A program made the position numbers and the translations under genes. A DNA stretch of 64,000 nucleotides from Dehalococcoidia bacterium (GTDB lineage Bacteria > Chloroflexota > Dehalococcoidia > Plut-88900). The stretch is from NCBI GenBank assembly GCA_965207225.1, contig CBDBLV010000004.1, forward strand, positions 544,001-608,000, read 5' to 3'. The notes below the pieces were generated by a model. That model was given only the letters and a program-made list of their open reading frames with translations, was not told where the DNA came from and did not search any database. Below are positions 47,360-59,356 of this stretch, piece after piece (position 1 is the first letter of the stretch; every line of letters begins with the position of its first letter).

Positions 47360-48274
47360 CTATCCGATTGCCGGCGCGGCCTCTCGGGCCAGGACGCCCA
47401 AGTCGCTCATCAGACCTTCCAGCCTCGATTCCTGCTCCGCGGTCAGGGGCCTGAACGGGGAGCGCGGAATGCCGATGTCCACGCCAGCCATTGCCGTGGC
47501 GGCCTTTGCGGTAGCGGCGTATCCCTCGGTCTCGAAGAAGTGGTTCAGGCGGTACAGCGGTCTCCACAGTTCGCGGGCGGCGTGCCAGTCCTTGCGCTCA
47601 ACCACCAGCTCGAAGAGCTCCACACAGCGCCCGGGAGTCGCATTGGCTACGCCCCACACGCAGCCCTTGGCCCCGTGCAGCAGCCCGGCCAGAGAACCGG
47701 TGTCCGAGCCGTTGAAGATGATCAGGTCTTCAGACCTCTCCTCCAGCACCCGTTGGAACTGGACTAGGTCCCCGGTGGAGTCCTTGATCATCTGGACGTT
47801 GGGTATTTCCACCAACCGGGCCAGGACCTCGGGGGTGAGATTGACCTTCGAGTGGGCGGGGATGTTGTAGACCATGATTGGCAGGGGGACCGCATCGTTG
47901 ACGGCCTGGTAGTGGTCGACCAGCTCCTGGGTGGTGGGCACCTCGTAGAAGGGCGGCACGATCATCAGGGCGTCGCAGCCTGCGGCCTCGGCGTGCTTGC
48001 TCAGCTCTATCACTTCCCAGGTGCTGCATGCGCCCGTGTGGGCCATGACCGGCACCCGACCCGCCACCTGGTCTACGGTCATCTCGGTGACCCGCTTCCG
48101 CTCCTCGAAGCTCAGGCTTGCGAACTCGCCGGTGCCGCCGCATGGGATGATCCCGTGGACACCGTTCTCCAGCTGGAACTCGATGAGCCTTCTCAAGCTC
48201 CCCTCATCGATGCTCTGGTCTCCCCGGGAGAAGGGGGTACAGATAGGGGTATAGATACCTCTGAATTTGCTCAC
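47360..48274 (-). CDS. dihydrodipicolinate synthase/N-acetylneuraminate lyase family protein
   Basis: GGTGEF, MVYNIP, IKDSTGD; GTG start behind AAGGAGG. Confidence 0.88.
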   Translation of the reverse strand: MSKFRGIYTPICTPFSRGDQSIDEGSLRRLIEFQLENGVHGIIPCGGTGEFASLSFEERKRVTEMTVDQVAGRVPVMAHTGACSTWEVIELSKHAEAAGCDALMIVPPFYEVPTTQELVDHYQAVNDAVPLPIMVYNIPAHSKVNLTPEVLARLVEIPNVQMIKDSTGDLVQFQRVLEERSEDLIIFNGSDTGSLAGLLHGAKGCVWGVANATPGRCVELFELVVERKDWHAARELWRPLYRLNHFFETEGYAATAKAATAMAGVDIGIPRSPFRPLTAEQESRLEGLMSDLGVLAREAAPAIG

Positions 48275-48431
48275 ATTACTCCTCCTTATTGGTGCAGTCC
48301 CGTTGGACTGCCCTTGCGGTCTCAGTGGTTGAATGCTAGCAAAGCCCGACACCCCTGACAACTCCGCAATAGGCCGTGCTAGAATCCTCCCGAATGGCCC
48401 GAAGACTATACCCACCTTTTGGAGGAATAAC

Positions 48432-48884
48432 GTGCAGGTAGAACAGAAGCTGCAAGAACTGGGCATAACCTTGCCCGAGGTCCGGGACCCGGTCGGCAAC
48501 TACGTCCCGACCGTCCGAACCGGGAACCTTCTCTACGTCTCAGGCCACATAGGAGACCTGACCGACGCCCTCGGCCAGCTGGGCACGGATCTCACGGTGG
48601 AGGAGGGGTACGAAGCCGCCCGAAAGACGGCAATTGCACTCCTTGGTTCAGTGAAGGGCGCCATCGGTGACCTGGACAAGGTTAAGAGGGTGGTCAAGCT
48701 GCTGTGTATGGTCAATGCGGCAGTCGGGTTCACGCAGCACCCCTCGGTTGCCAACGGATGCTCGGACTTGCTGGTGGAGGTATTCGGGGAAAAGGGTCGG
48801 CATGCCAGATCAGCCATAGGCTTCTCCGGCCTTCCCGGCAACGGCTGCATCGAGATAGAGATGATCCTCGAAATCGAGGATTAA
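48432..48884 (+). CDS. RidA/YjgF family protein
   Basis: GNYVP, VANGCSDLL, GRHARSA; GGAGG RBS. Confidence 0.88.
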   Translation: MQVEQKLQELGITLPEVRDPVGNYVPTVRTGNLLYVSGHIGDLTDALGQLGTDLTVEEGYEAARKTAIALLGSVKGAIGDLDKVKRVVKLLCMVNAAVGFTQHPSVANGCSDLLVEVFGEKGRHARSAIGFSGLPGNGCIEIEMILEIED

Positions 48885-48908
48885 GGAGTGCCTTCCTAGG
48901 GAGCCGGC

Positions 48909-49208
48909 ATGGATATCAGTGCCCCGATACATCCCAGAGAACATTTGGCCGAAATCATAGAAGAGTTGGATATAAGCCAATATCGCCTTGCCGTCACTAT
49001 TGGAGTGCCGCCCAGACGAATCAACGAGATTGTGCATGGCAGGCGCTCCATAACTGCCGACACAGCACTCCGAATTGGCAAGGCCCTTGACATGACTCCC
49101 GAGTTTTGGCTCAACCTCCAGCGGATGTTTGATCTGGATGTCGCTAGTGCGACAACGGATGTCTCCGGGATTGATACGCTCGTCCCGAGTCCGAAAGGCT
49201 CCCCGTGA
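48909..49208 (+). CDS. higA: HigA-family HTH antitoxin (orphan)
   Basis: PIHPRE.L, RINEIVHGRRSITADTALR, FWLNLQ. Confidence 0.88.
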   Translation: MDISAPIHPREHLAEIIEELDISQYRLAVTIGVPPRRINEIVHGRRSITADTALRIGKALDMTPEFWLNLQRMFDLDVASATTDVSGIDTLVPSPKGSP

Positions 49209-49231
49209 AAGCAGGTCTTCCTCGATTTGCG

Positions 49232-51916
<2,685 letters not shown>

Positions 51917-51998
51917 TGGTCTCTCGTTTACGAAGTTTGTGGAAAGGCATCGGCGGGACGGCTCACGGGTGGGAGTATATCACGCAGCACCGAGCAGA

Positions 51999-53372
51999 TT
52001 AGGCGAGCTCTCGTTCCACATCCGAGAGCACCTTGTCCACCTGCCCGACCACGTAGTCGATCTCGTCTCGGGTGACGATGAGCGGGGGAATCAGGAATAT
52101 GATGTCGCCCCTCTGTCGGGCGAGGAGGCCGTGGCGGAGGAAGGCTGCGGTAATCTTTTGGCCGAGAGCTGCGTCTGCCGGGAAGCGCTCGCGGGTGTTC
52201 CTGTCCTTGACCAGCTCAATGCCGCAGAGGAGTCCCAGGCCGCCACGTATGTCTCCGACTATGGGGTGTTCGTAGAGGGTCTGTAGCTGGTCGAAGAGGT
52301 AGGCGCCCATCCTGGCGGAGTTCTCGACCAGGCCTTCGCGGTCGAGGATGTCCAGGTTGGCAAGCGCTGCGGCACAGGCGGCCGGGTGTCCGCCGAAAGT
52401 GAAGATGTGACGGAACATCTCGCGGTCGCCGCCAATGAAGGTGTCGGCGACTTTCCTGGTGGCGATGGCGGCGCCGATGGGCTGGTACCCGCTGGACAGG
52501 CCCTTGGCCCCGACCAGGATGTCGGGCACGAGGTCCCAGTGGTCGGAGGCGAACATCTTGCCCGTGCGACCAAAGCCTGTGACCACTTCATCGGCGATGA
52601 TGAGGACGCCGTAGCGGTCGCAGATGGAGCGGACGGTGGGCCAGTAGTCGGGGTGGGGGACGGTACAGGTGGCGGCGGAAAGGGGTTCGGCGACGAAGGC
52701 GGCGACAAGCTCGGGACCCTCGTCGAGGATGGCCCTCTCCACGTCCTGGCCGCACTGCAGGGTGCATTCGCCCATCTGGCTGCAATAGAGGCAGCGGTAG
52801 GGGTTGGGCATGGAGACGTGAACGTTGCCCGGCATCAGGGGTCCGAAGTCCTTGTCACCAGCGCCGGCCCCTCCGCCGAGGCTGATGGTGGCGAGGGTGC
52901 CGCCGTGGTATGAGCCGATCCTGCTTATGACCTTGTAGCGGCCCGGTTCGCCGCGGAGCTTGTGGTATTTCTTGGCCATTTTGAGGGCGGTCTCAATGCC
53001 CTCGGAGCCGCCGCTGACCAGGAAGACCCGGGACTCCTTGTCGGGGGCGAGGGAGGCGAGCTTTTCGACGAGGCGCAGTGCTGGCTCGTTGGTGGTGTGT
53101 TCCGGGGAGTAGTTGATCTTCACCAGCTGGTCTGCCACTGCGTCTGCGATCTCCCGACGGCCGTAGCCTACATTCTGCAGCTGCATCCCGGAGATGAGGT
53201 CGAAATAGCGGTTGCCGTGGATGTCCTCGACCCAACAGCCCTCTCCCCTTTCGACGATGTTGAGGCCGCCGGGCTGGGATAGCTCCGCGACCTGTTGGGA
53301 ATGAGGCCAGAAGTGGTCGGCGGCGATCTGCTGGAGCCGGTCGAAGCGTTCAGATGGGGTCGGGGATATCAC
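51999..53372 (-). CDS. aminotransferase class III (omega-amino acid/taurine:pyruvate-like)
   Basis: SGGSEG, SYHG, DEVVTGFGRTG, AKGLSSGY; start uncertain. Confidence 0.88.
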   Translation of the reverse strand: MISPTPSERFDRLQQIAADHFWPHSQQVAELSQPGGLNIVERGEGCWVEDIHGNRYFDLISGMQLQNVGYGRREIADAVADQLVKINYSPEHTTNEPALRLVEKLASLAPDKESRVFLVSGGSEGIETALKMAKKYHKLRGEPGRYKVISRIGSYHGGTLATISLGGGAGAGDKDFGPLMPGNVHVSMPNPYRCLYCSQMGECTLQCGQDVERAILDEGPELVAAFVAEPLSAATCTVPHPDYWPTVRSICDRYGVLIIADEVVTGFGRTGKMFASDHWDLVPDILVGAKGLSSGYQPIGAAIATRKVADTFIGGDREMFRHIFTFGGHPAACAAALANLDILDREGLVENSARMGAYLFDQLQTLYEHPIVGDIRGGLGLLCGIELVKDRNTRERFPADAALGQKITAAFLRHGLLARQRGDIIFLIPPLIVTRDEIDYVVGQVDKVLSDVERELA

Positions 53373-53451
53373 AACAGCAACCCTAAGATGCCGGTTTCCT
53401 GAGGAACGTTCGGAAAGGAGGGCAAGAAGCAGACTCAAAGAAAAAAGGCAC

Positions 53452-53567
53452 CCGGCGGCGACCTATTTTCCGCGGAGAGTTGCCCCTCTAGTATCGTCGG
53501 CGCAGAGGTGTTTCACTTCCGTGTTCGGAATGAGAACGGGTGGGCCCACCTCGCTATAGCCACCGCA
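53452..53567 (-). rRNA. rrf: 5S rRNA (stand-alone)
   Basis: GCGGUGGCUAUAGCG...CACCCGUUCUCAUUCCGAACACGGAAGUGAA...AAUAGGUCGCCGCC, canonical 5S motifs. Confidence 0.95.
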
Positions 53568-53587
53568 GTGCCTTTATTCAGGGACGA

Positions 53588-53616
53588 ATTCTACTATGAC
53601 ACCGATGTCGGCGCAA
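53588..53616 (-). promoter_or_regulatory. sigma70 promoter of the 5S gene
   Basis: TTGCGC-17 nt-TAGAAT on minus strand, about 20 nt upstream of 5S. Confidence 0.6.
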
Positions 53617-53788
53617 GGGCTTGTGTTCGTTCCGGAGGTTGGCGACATGCTAAGTCTCTATTCAGTTGTGGGGGGTGGGGTTTTGGTTGAACGTTGATTG
53701 AACTCGTAGCTGGTTTGATTGAATGACGCCTAAAGGGATTGCTGAGAATTTCGCGTGGTGCGGGGAGGGGATGCCTCCAGCCCCGCGG

Positions 53789-53905
53789 GGGAACCCTCAC
53801 CCCCTTGGTCCCCCTCTCCCTTGGGGCCTTAAAGGGAGAGGGGGAGAGAAGAACAGAGGAAGAGGTTGGCGCTGCAGCGCCAACCTCTTCCTCTAGTTCA
53901 GTACT
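53789..53905 (-). repeat. element E copy B
   Basis: perfect 40-bp palindrome 53855-53894 within conserved flanks. Confidence 0.85.
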
Positions 53906-54036
53906 GGTAAGAGGGGAGGGTATGACGCATAAGGAAGCGCAGGGCGTGGATTCCCGCTTGGGGGCCGGAATAGCGGGATTGGAAGTTATTCAGTTTGGGG
54001 GCACGTTGTCGGTTCTGTCTGTTGGGGTTTAGGGTC

Positions 54037-54495
54037 GGCGATGGAAGACGCACCTGGAGCGGTGACCCCGCAGGGTGTCGCTGGCCCGGCCGTACGGGGT
54101 CGGTCAGTCCGGTCCCGCCTCACTGGACGGTCGGACTGCGGCCGGCAGAAGCCCCTTTCTTTAGTGTCGGCTTGGAGGCGTCCCAGGGCTGGGGACGTGT
54201 CTCCGCCGCTGCCTAGATCTGGCTGTGTAGGCGGACATACGGGTCCGTCATCCGTCACAGGTTCCAATAAACGGGTTAGCTGCGCTGTAAGTGAATACAG
54301 GAAGGGGAATGTCCAGAGTCATGTCCCCACGCAGGAGTACGGGGTTTCCAGTTCGCCGCCTGTATCCAGGAACCCGGAGTGGCGGTCTGCCCAGTTTCAT
54401 TTGCTGAAGCGGACGGAGAGCCGAGCGGTCCTCGGCTACGGGCGACCCCGTTCCGCTCCTTAGGTCGGGTTGCTCCAGGGCGTCTTTCCATCGCC
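54037..54495 (-). ncRNA. candidate large structured ncRNA domain (cassette 2)
   Basis: 24-nt bulged closing helix 54472-95/54037-60; many internal helices with G-U pairs on the minus strand. Confidence 0.55.
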
Positions 54496-54534
54496 TGGGG
54501 GGACAGGGGAATGTGATGGGTCGGGACGATGTGG

Positions 54535-54771
54535 AGGAGATGGCGCCTTTCGCTTGTGCCGCAGGCCTCTCTTTTATCCGTTCTTAATACCCTTCGACAA
54601 GCTCAGGGCGAACGGAACGGAGAAGGCCGTTGGGATGGGCCAGGACGTTGAGTCCTCCGGGCGCCGGGATAGGAGATGGCGTCTGTCGCTTGTGCCGCAA
54701 CCTGTCCGCCTCACAAGGGAGGGGAGAGGCATTGGGATGGGCTTGGGCGTTGAGTCCTCTCGGGCGCCGGG
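54535..54771 (-). repeat. imperfect tandem duplication in cassette-2 leader
   Basis: AGGAGATGGCG..TCGCTTGTGCCGCA at 54535/54671; TTGGGATGGGC..CGTTGAGTCCTC..GGGCGCCGGG at 54630/54732. Confidence 0.8.
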
Positions 54772-54825
54772 GTTGTTCCCCTTGGGTTTTCGGGTTCCTC
54801 CTTAAGGTGGTGTCGGGTCTAGACT

Positions 54826-54861
54826 TAGAACAAATATAAAGCTCAAGTGTTTGCATGTCAA
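54826..54861 (-). promoter_or_regulatory. near-consensus sigma70 promoter
   Basis: TTGACA (54861-56)-17 nt-TATATT (54838-33); no credible CDS downstream. Confidence 0.7.
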
Positions 54862-54904
54862 GGGGTATGTTACGTTTATGGAGGGAATATCCCCCGGTCC
54901 CCCA

Positions 54905-55044
54905 GGAAACCCTCACCCCCTTGATCCCCCTCTCCCCCTCGAGGGACTCGGGGCAGGCTCTTAGGGCCTTTAAGGGAGAGGGGGAAAGAAGAACAGAGAC
55001 AGACGTGGGTGCGTTGCACCCACGTCTGTCTTTAGTTCAGTACT
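54905..55044 (-). repeat. element E copy C (with 24-nt insertion)
   Basis: 39-nt hairpin 54995-55033 within conserved flanks; insertion at 54937-54960. Confidence 0.85.
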
Positions 55045-55065
55045 GAGGGGACAGAACCCCGCCCC

Positions 55066-55357
55066 AGATTCCTCGCGGGGCATCGGAATGACAGTGAGGG
55101 GTGTGATTGGCTATGGAGGGATGCGACGGGTCGGCAGGATGTGGGCCTCGCCCCGCTCATACTTCGAGGGCCTCAGCACGAGCGGCCCCACCCCAGGGCA
55201 ATCCTTTGTGATTGCCGCTACGCGGGAGGGGATACCCCCAGCTCCACGGGATGGATTCCCGATCGGAGTCGGGAATGACGGATGTGAGGAGGGATGCCAG
55301 GGGTGAGGGACGTGAGTGGGCAAGTCCTAGATTCCTCGCGGGGCATCGGAATGACAG
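55066..55357 (-). repeat. ordered REP-like cluster R2-R3-R1-R2
   Basis: reverse-complement copies of the 44902-45105 repeats at 55316-57, 55248-81, 55146-85, 55066-94. Confidence 0.75.
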
Positions 55358-55479
55358 GGGAGAAGGGGGCGGGGCGATGGGGAAGGCGGTAGTGATCCAG
55401 GCAGAACATGGATTGTTCCCGTAGCTGTATGATTGTTTTCGAGAAAACTCTCTATGAGATTAGGAGAAGGGGGTTTGGA

Positions 55480-56274
55480 GTGTCGGGTAGAGATGAGTGT
55501 CGGGAGGGAATCCTGGACTCGGCGGAGTTTCCCCGTTCGGCGAAGTATGATCCTGAATGGGTCCTGGAGAACATGATGGGGCCGAACGCCCTGTGGTTGA
55601 CGGAGTCCCTGGCAGGGTGCATGAATTTCGAACCGAATATGCGGGTCCTGGACATGGGCTGCGGCAAGGGGCTCAGCTCCATATTCCTGGCGAAGGAGTA
55701 CGGGGTGGAGGTCTGGGCGACGGACTTATGGGTAGATGCGAGCGATAACTTTCAGCGCTTTTGTGCGGCAGGTGTTGAAGACAGGGTGTACCCCATACAT
55801 GCGGAAGCGCACGCACTGCCATACGCCGACGGCTTCTTCAACGCCATTGTGAGCGTGGACGCCTATCACTATTTCGGGACGGATGACCTCTACCTACAGA
55901 CCCACATGGCGAGGCTTATCAAGCCCGGTGGCCAAATGGGGATTGTGGTCCCCGGGTTGGTGGAAGAGCTGACAGCGAACGAGCCCCCGGAACACCTAGA
56001 GAACTATTGGGAGCCCGCCTTGTTCAGCCTGCACAGCCCGACCTGGTGGAGGCGTCACTGGGAACGAAGCGGCCTCGTGACAGTCGAACTTGCCGATTTG
56101 ATCCCGGATGGATGGAAGCTCTGGATGGTGTCGGACCGGGCCTGGTCTGAGCGGCTGGGCAAGCCCAGCGAAGAGGCCGATATGCTGGCCCTGGATGGGG
56201 GTCGTGCCCTGGGGTTCACACGCATGGTTGCCCGCAGGAACGAAAGGCCGGCGGCGCGGCTGGATGCGCTGTAG
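55480..56274 (+). CDS. class I SAM-dependent methyltransferase
   Basis: MGPNALWL, VLDMGCGKG, AEAHALP; start uncertain. Confidence 0.85.
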   Translation: MSGRDECREGILDSAEFPRSAKYDPEWVLENMMGPNALWLTESLAGCMNFEPNMRVLDMGCGKGLSSIFLAKEYGVEVWATDLWVDASDNFQRFCAAGVEDRVYPIHAEAHALPYADGFFNAIVSVDAYHYFGTDDLYLQTHMARLIKPGGQMGIVVPGLVEELTANEPPEHLENYWEPALFSLHSPTWWRRHWERSGLVTVELADLIPDGWKLWMVSDRAWSERLGKPSEEADMLALDGGRALGFTRMVARRNERPAARLDAL

Positions 56275-56415
56275 CAGGGAAGGGATCAAGTCGGGCAGGG
56301 TTCGCGGGCCAATAGGGGATTGCGTGGAGGCGTTGTCGAGAGCAGGCAATGGGGAAGGGGTTGGGCCCGGACTACTAAGTGCTGGGCCAGCAGGCTTCGG
56401 TAAGCGGGGCCGTCA

Positions 56416-56706
56416 CTACATCTTTTCAATCAGCTCTACGGCCTGGGACTTGGGGAAGGCTTTTAGGGTAGTGAAGCGGATGTTGCCTTCTTTGCCGGTG
56501 CCCATGGAGAAGGTGAGCATTGTCTCGTCGTCGGGGAATTCGAAGATGCCTACGAAGTCGTGGGCGCCGAGGGTGAAGTAGATGGCTTCGATCCTGCCGC
56601 CCAGCTTTTCGACCCTGGCAGCAGCGCTAGCCATCCTGTCGGGCGCTGCCTTGACAGCCTGAATGCCCTTGTCGGTGTAGTTTCCAAGTACCACGTAATA
56701 CGGCAT
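56416..56706 (-). CDS. GYD domain protein
   Basis: YTDKGI, YFTLGAHD, IRFTTLKAF; AAGGAG RBS. Confidence 0.85.
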   Translation of the reverse strand: MPYYVVLGNYTDKGIQAVKAAPDRMASAAARVEKLGGRIEAIYFTLGAHDFVGIFEFPDDETMLTFSMGTGKEGNIRFTTLKAFPKSQAVELIEKM

Positions 56707-56757
56707 GTTTTGCTCCTTATGTTCAGCGCGCCGAAAGTTCAGTCGGGTATAGGCCCA

Positions 56758-57819
56758 CTATCCGGGACTCGTGAAGGCCAGGGCCCGGGCGGGGTTCCCC
56801 ACCAGAATCTGATCGATCTCCTCTGCGAGGAAACCTTTGCGTCGCATGATGGGCATGACATTCTCGATGATATGGGCGTAGCCGTGGCCACCGTACTGAG
56901 TTAGACGGTGCTTGTTACAGATATCGTGGGCCATGAGGGCCTGCCCTAACCGGCCCGTGTCCCGAAGGTGCAGGAAGTAGTCCAGCCTCTTGCCGTCGTT
57001 GGGCATGTCGATGGGGGAGAAGGGATAGAAAGTAGTCTCGGAGCCGAATAGGTCGAACTCGATGAAGCAGCCGGTTTCGGCGAGCTTATCGAGGGTGTCG
57101 TTATCAAAGATGGTGCGGTCGACGTGGCTCATTATTGAGCGGGTCGGGTCTCCGCCCGACTCCCGGACAATCTCCATGATCTCGAGGGGTGCCTGGGGGT
57201 TGCGGCCGGGGTGGATGAGGAGGGGGGCGCCGGTGATGGTCTGGGCCCGGGCGGCGGCGCGCAGGCTCTTGCGTTCGTTGTCGTGGAGGGGCCACGTACA
57301 CCCGACCTCGCCAATGACACCCGACTTGATTCCCGTGTCCCCAACGCCTTCGGTGATGTCGCGCACTATTTCCTCGACTATCTCGTCCTCGGACTTATCG
57401 TTAATGCTGGCCGGCTGGTATTCGTGGACGTAGTAGCCGGAACCCATTATGACGTTGAGGTCGGTGGCCCGGGCTATACGGGCCAGGCCGAGGGGGTCGC
57501 GCTTGATCCCGACGCTGGTGGCATCGACGATGGTCCGGCCACCGGACCTCCTGAAGCGGGCTGCTTCCGTTACGGCAGTGTCTTCGTCCAAAAGCTCCAT
57601 GTTGTCCTTGTTGCCACCATAGTTGTAGCGGACCCACCAGAGGTTATCCATGGTAACGGGCTGGTAGGCGAAGGAGTAGCTGGAGGCATCGTCGGGGGGT
57701 TGGAAGGTGGAGCCGAGGTCGACCAGCAGGTGTTCGTGGGTGAGGGAGATCCCGAGCTCGTCCGCGGCTACGGGACCCAGGACGGTCTGAGCTTTTCCGG
57801 CGAGTCCTGAATCAGGCAT
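56758..57819 (-). CDS. phosphotriesterase-related (PTER-like) amidohydrolase, fourth paralog
   Basis: THEH, GEVGCT, IHPGR, SHVDR, AHDI. Confidence 0.9.
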   Translation of the reverse strand: MPDSGLAGKAQTVLGPVAADELGISLTHEHLLVDLGSTFQPPDDASSYSFAYQPVTMDNLWWVRYNYGGNKDNMELLDEDTAVTEAARFRRSGGRTIVDATSVGIKRDPLGLARIARATDLNVIMGSGYYVHEYQPASINDKSEDEIVEEIVRDITEGVGDTGIKSGVIGEVGCTWPLHDNERKSLRAAARAQTITGAPLLIHPGRNPQAPLEIMEIVRESGGDPTRSIMSHVDRTIFDNDTLDKLAETGCFIEFDLFGSETTFYPFSPIDMPNDGKRLDYFLHLRDTGRLGQALMAHDICNKHRLTQYGGHGYAHIIENVMPIMRRKGFLAEEIDQILVGNPARALAFTSPG

Positions 57820-57923
57820 GGTCAAGCCTCGATTCCCTTATAGCGACCGTAGTGGACGGCCGCGACTGCATGCGACACCAATTGCGAGCTGGCCCCACTA
57901 AGCTCCAAGTTGTACGGTGGGAT

Positions 57924-59219
57924 TTAGCCTCGGGCCTGGTCGAGGGCGTAGTCCATGGCCTCGATGGTCTTGGCGATGTCGTCGTCGGAGTGGGCGCTGG
58001 CGGTGTAGAACTTGGAGTCGCCCTTGAGAACCCCGGACTCCAGCATGGCGTGGTTGAAGCGGCCCATCATCGAGCTGTCGGCCTTGAGGGTGTCACGGTA
58101 GTTCTCCACTTCATCAACGCCGAAATAGACATCGAAGCAGGGGGCTTCACCTACGACGGTACCGTGGATCTCCTTCTCTTTTAGCATCCTGTCCATCTCG
58201 GCCATCAGCTTGTTGCCAGTGGACCAGAGCCGGTCGACTCCACCTTCCTTGAGGATCTTGAGGGTCGCCAGGCCAGCGGTTGCTGCAACCGGGTTGCCGC
58301 TCAGGGTTCCGACGCCGGGGACGAAGGTGCCGTCCTCCTTGGAAACGGGGTCGAAGACACGCATGATCTCTTCACGGCCTGCGACCGCGGAGAGGGGGTA
58401 ACCGCCGCCCACTGCTTTGCCGAAGGTAGCCATGTCGGGGGTGACGCCGTAGTACTGCTGGGCGCCGCCGTAGGACCAGCGGAATCCGGTTACGACCTCG
58501 TCGAAGATCAAGGGGATCTGGTAGTGGCTGGTGATCTCGCGGAGGCCCTGGAGGAAGCCGGGTTTGGGCGGGATGATGCGCTGGCAGCACTCGGTGATGA
58601 CTGCGCCGAGCTCATCGTGGTGCTTTTCGATGACTGCCTGGGTGGTTTCGAGATCATTGAAGGGGCAGATGAGGACCTCGTTCTCCAATACCGCGGGGAT
58701 GCCGGCGGAATTGCGGCTGGGTCGGGGGAAGTCGCGCATTTCGGTCGGGGTTACGCTCATGAGGGCGTAGTCGTTGGTGCCGTGATAGCCGCCTTCGAAC
58801 TTGAGGATCTTGTCCCGGCCCCGGAAGGCCCGAGCTGCTTTCATGGCGAAGTAAGTGGCCTCGGAGCCGCTTGAGAGGAATTTCACCTGCTCGGCGCAGG
58901 GAATGGCGTTGACCATTTCCTCGGCGAGGTTGACGGCTGCGCCGCCGGTGGCGAAATAGGTGCTTCCCTTGCCAATAACTTCGGAAACGGCGGCAACGAC
59001 GTCCGGGTGGGAGTGACCAACGAGCATGGGGCCGGAGCCCAGCAGGTAGTCTATGTACTCGTTGCCGCTGTAGTCCCAGACCTTGGAGCCCAGGGATTCT
59101 TTGATAATCAGCGCATCTTCAGGTTTGAAAAAGATGTTGCCGGTCGAGCCTCCGGGGAGGTACTTGGCGGCCTTGGCCATCATGGCTTCTTCTTCGGGTG
59201 TCCTCTGCTGTCTCGACAT
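57924..59219 (-). CDS. glutamate-1-semialdehyde aminomutase-like class III aminotransferase
   Basis: SSGSEA, KFEGGYHG, FDEVVTGFR, FGKAVGGG, GTLSGNP. Confidence 0.88.
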   Translation of the reverse strand: MSRQQRTPEEEAMMAKAAKYLPGGSTGNIFFKPEDALIIKESLGSKVWDYSGNEYIDYLLGSGPMLVGHSHPDVVAAVSEVIGKGSTYFATGGAAVNLAEEMVNAIPCAEQVKFLSSGSEATYFAMKAARAFRGRDKILKFEGGYHGTNDYALMSVTPTEMRDFPRPSRNSAGIPAVLENEVLICPFNDLETTQAVIEKHHDELGAVITECCQRIIPPKPGFLQGLREITSHYQIPLIFDEVVTGFRWSYGGAQQYYGVTPDMATFGKAVGGGYPLSAVAGREEIMRVFDPVSKEDGTFVPGVGTLSGNPVAATAGLATLKILKEGGVDRLWSTGNKLMAEMDRMLKEKEIHGTVVGEAPCFDVYFGVDEVENYRDTLKADSSMMGRFNHAMLESGVLKGDSKFYTASAHSDDDIAKTIEAMDYALDQARG

Positions 59220-59356
59220 GGCTTCTCCCTCGGGGCTGGATTTGCCCATAGAATATCACGGGGGGAGTCGGTAAGGAACCGATGGGCAGACTTGACACTG
59301 TATTCCCCCTTTACCTATGTTTAGCGATGCACTCGGGCAGTAAGAGGAGGTCCAAA

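Noticed and set aside
54037-54495. MITE, group II intron, tmRNA or RNase P RNA
   Set aside because: The inverted ends contain indels and lack a target-site duplication. No GUGCG start or domain V, no tRNA-like ends or tag peptide, and no GAGGAAAGUCC motif.
57924-59219. Assigning the symbols hemL, dapA (47360) and tadA (63316)
   Set aside because: Family motifs are clear but orthology is not; these look like divergent paralogs (e.g. GGTGE instead of GTTGE, ECCPMC instead of EPCxMC).
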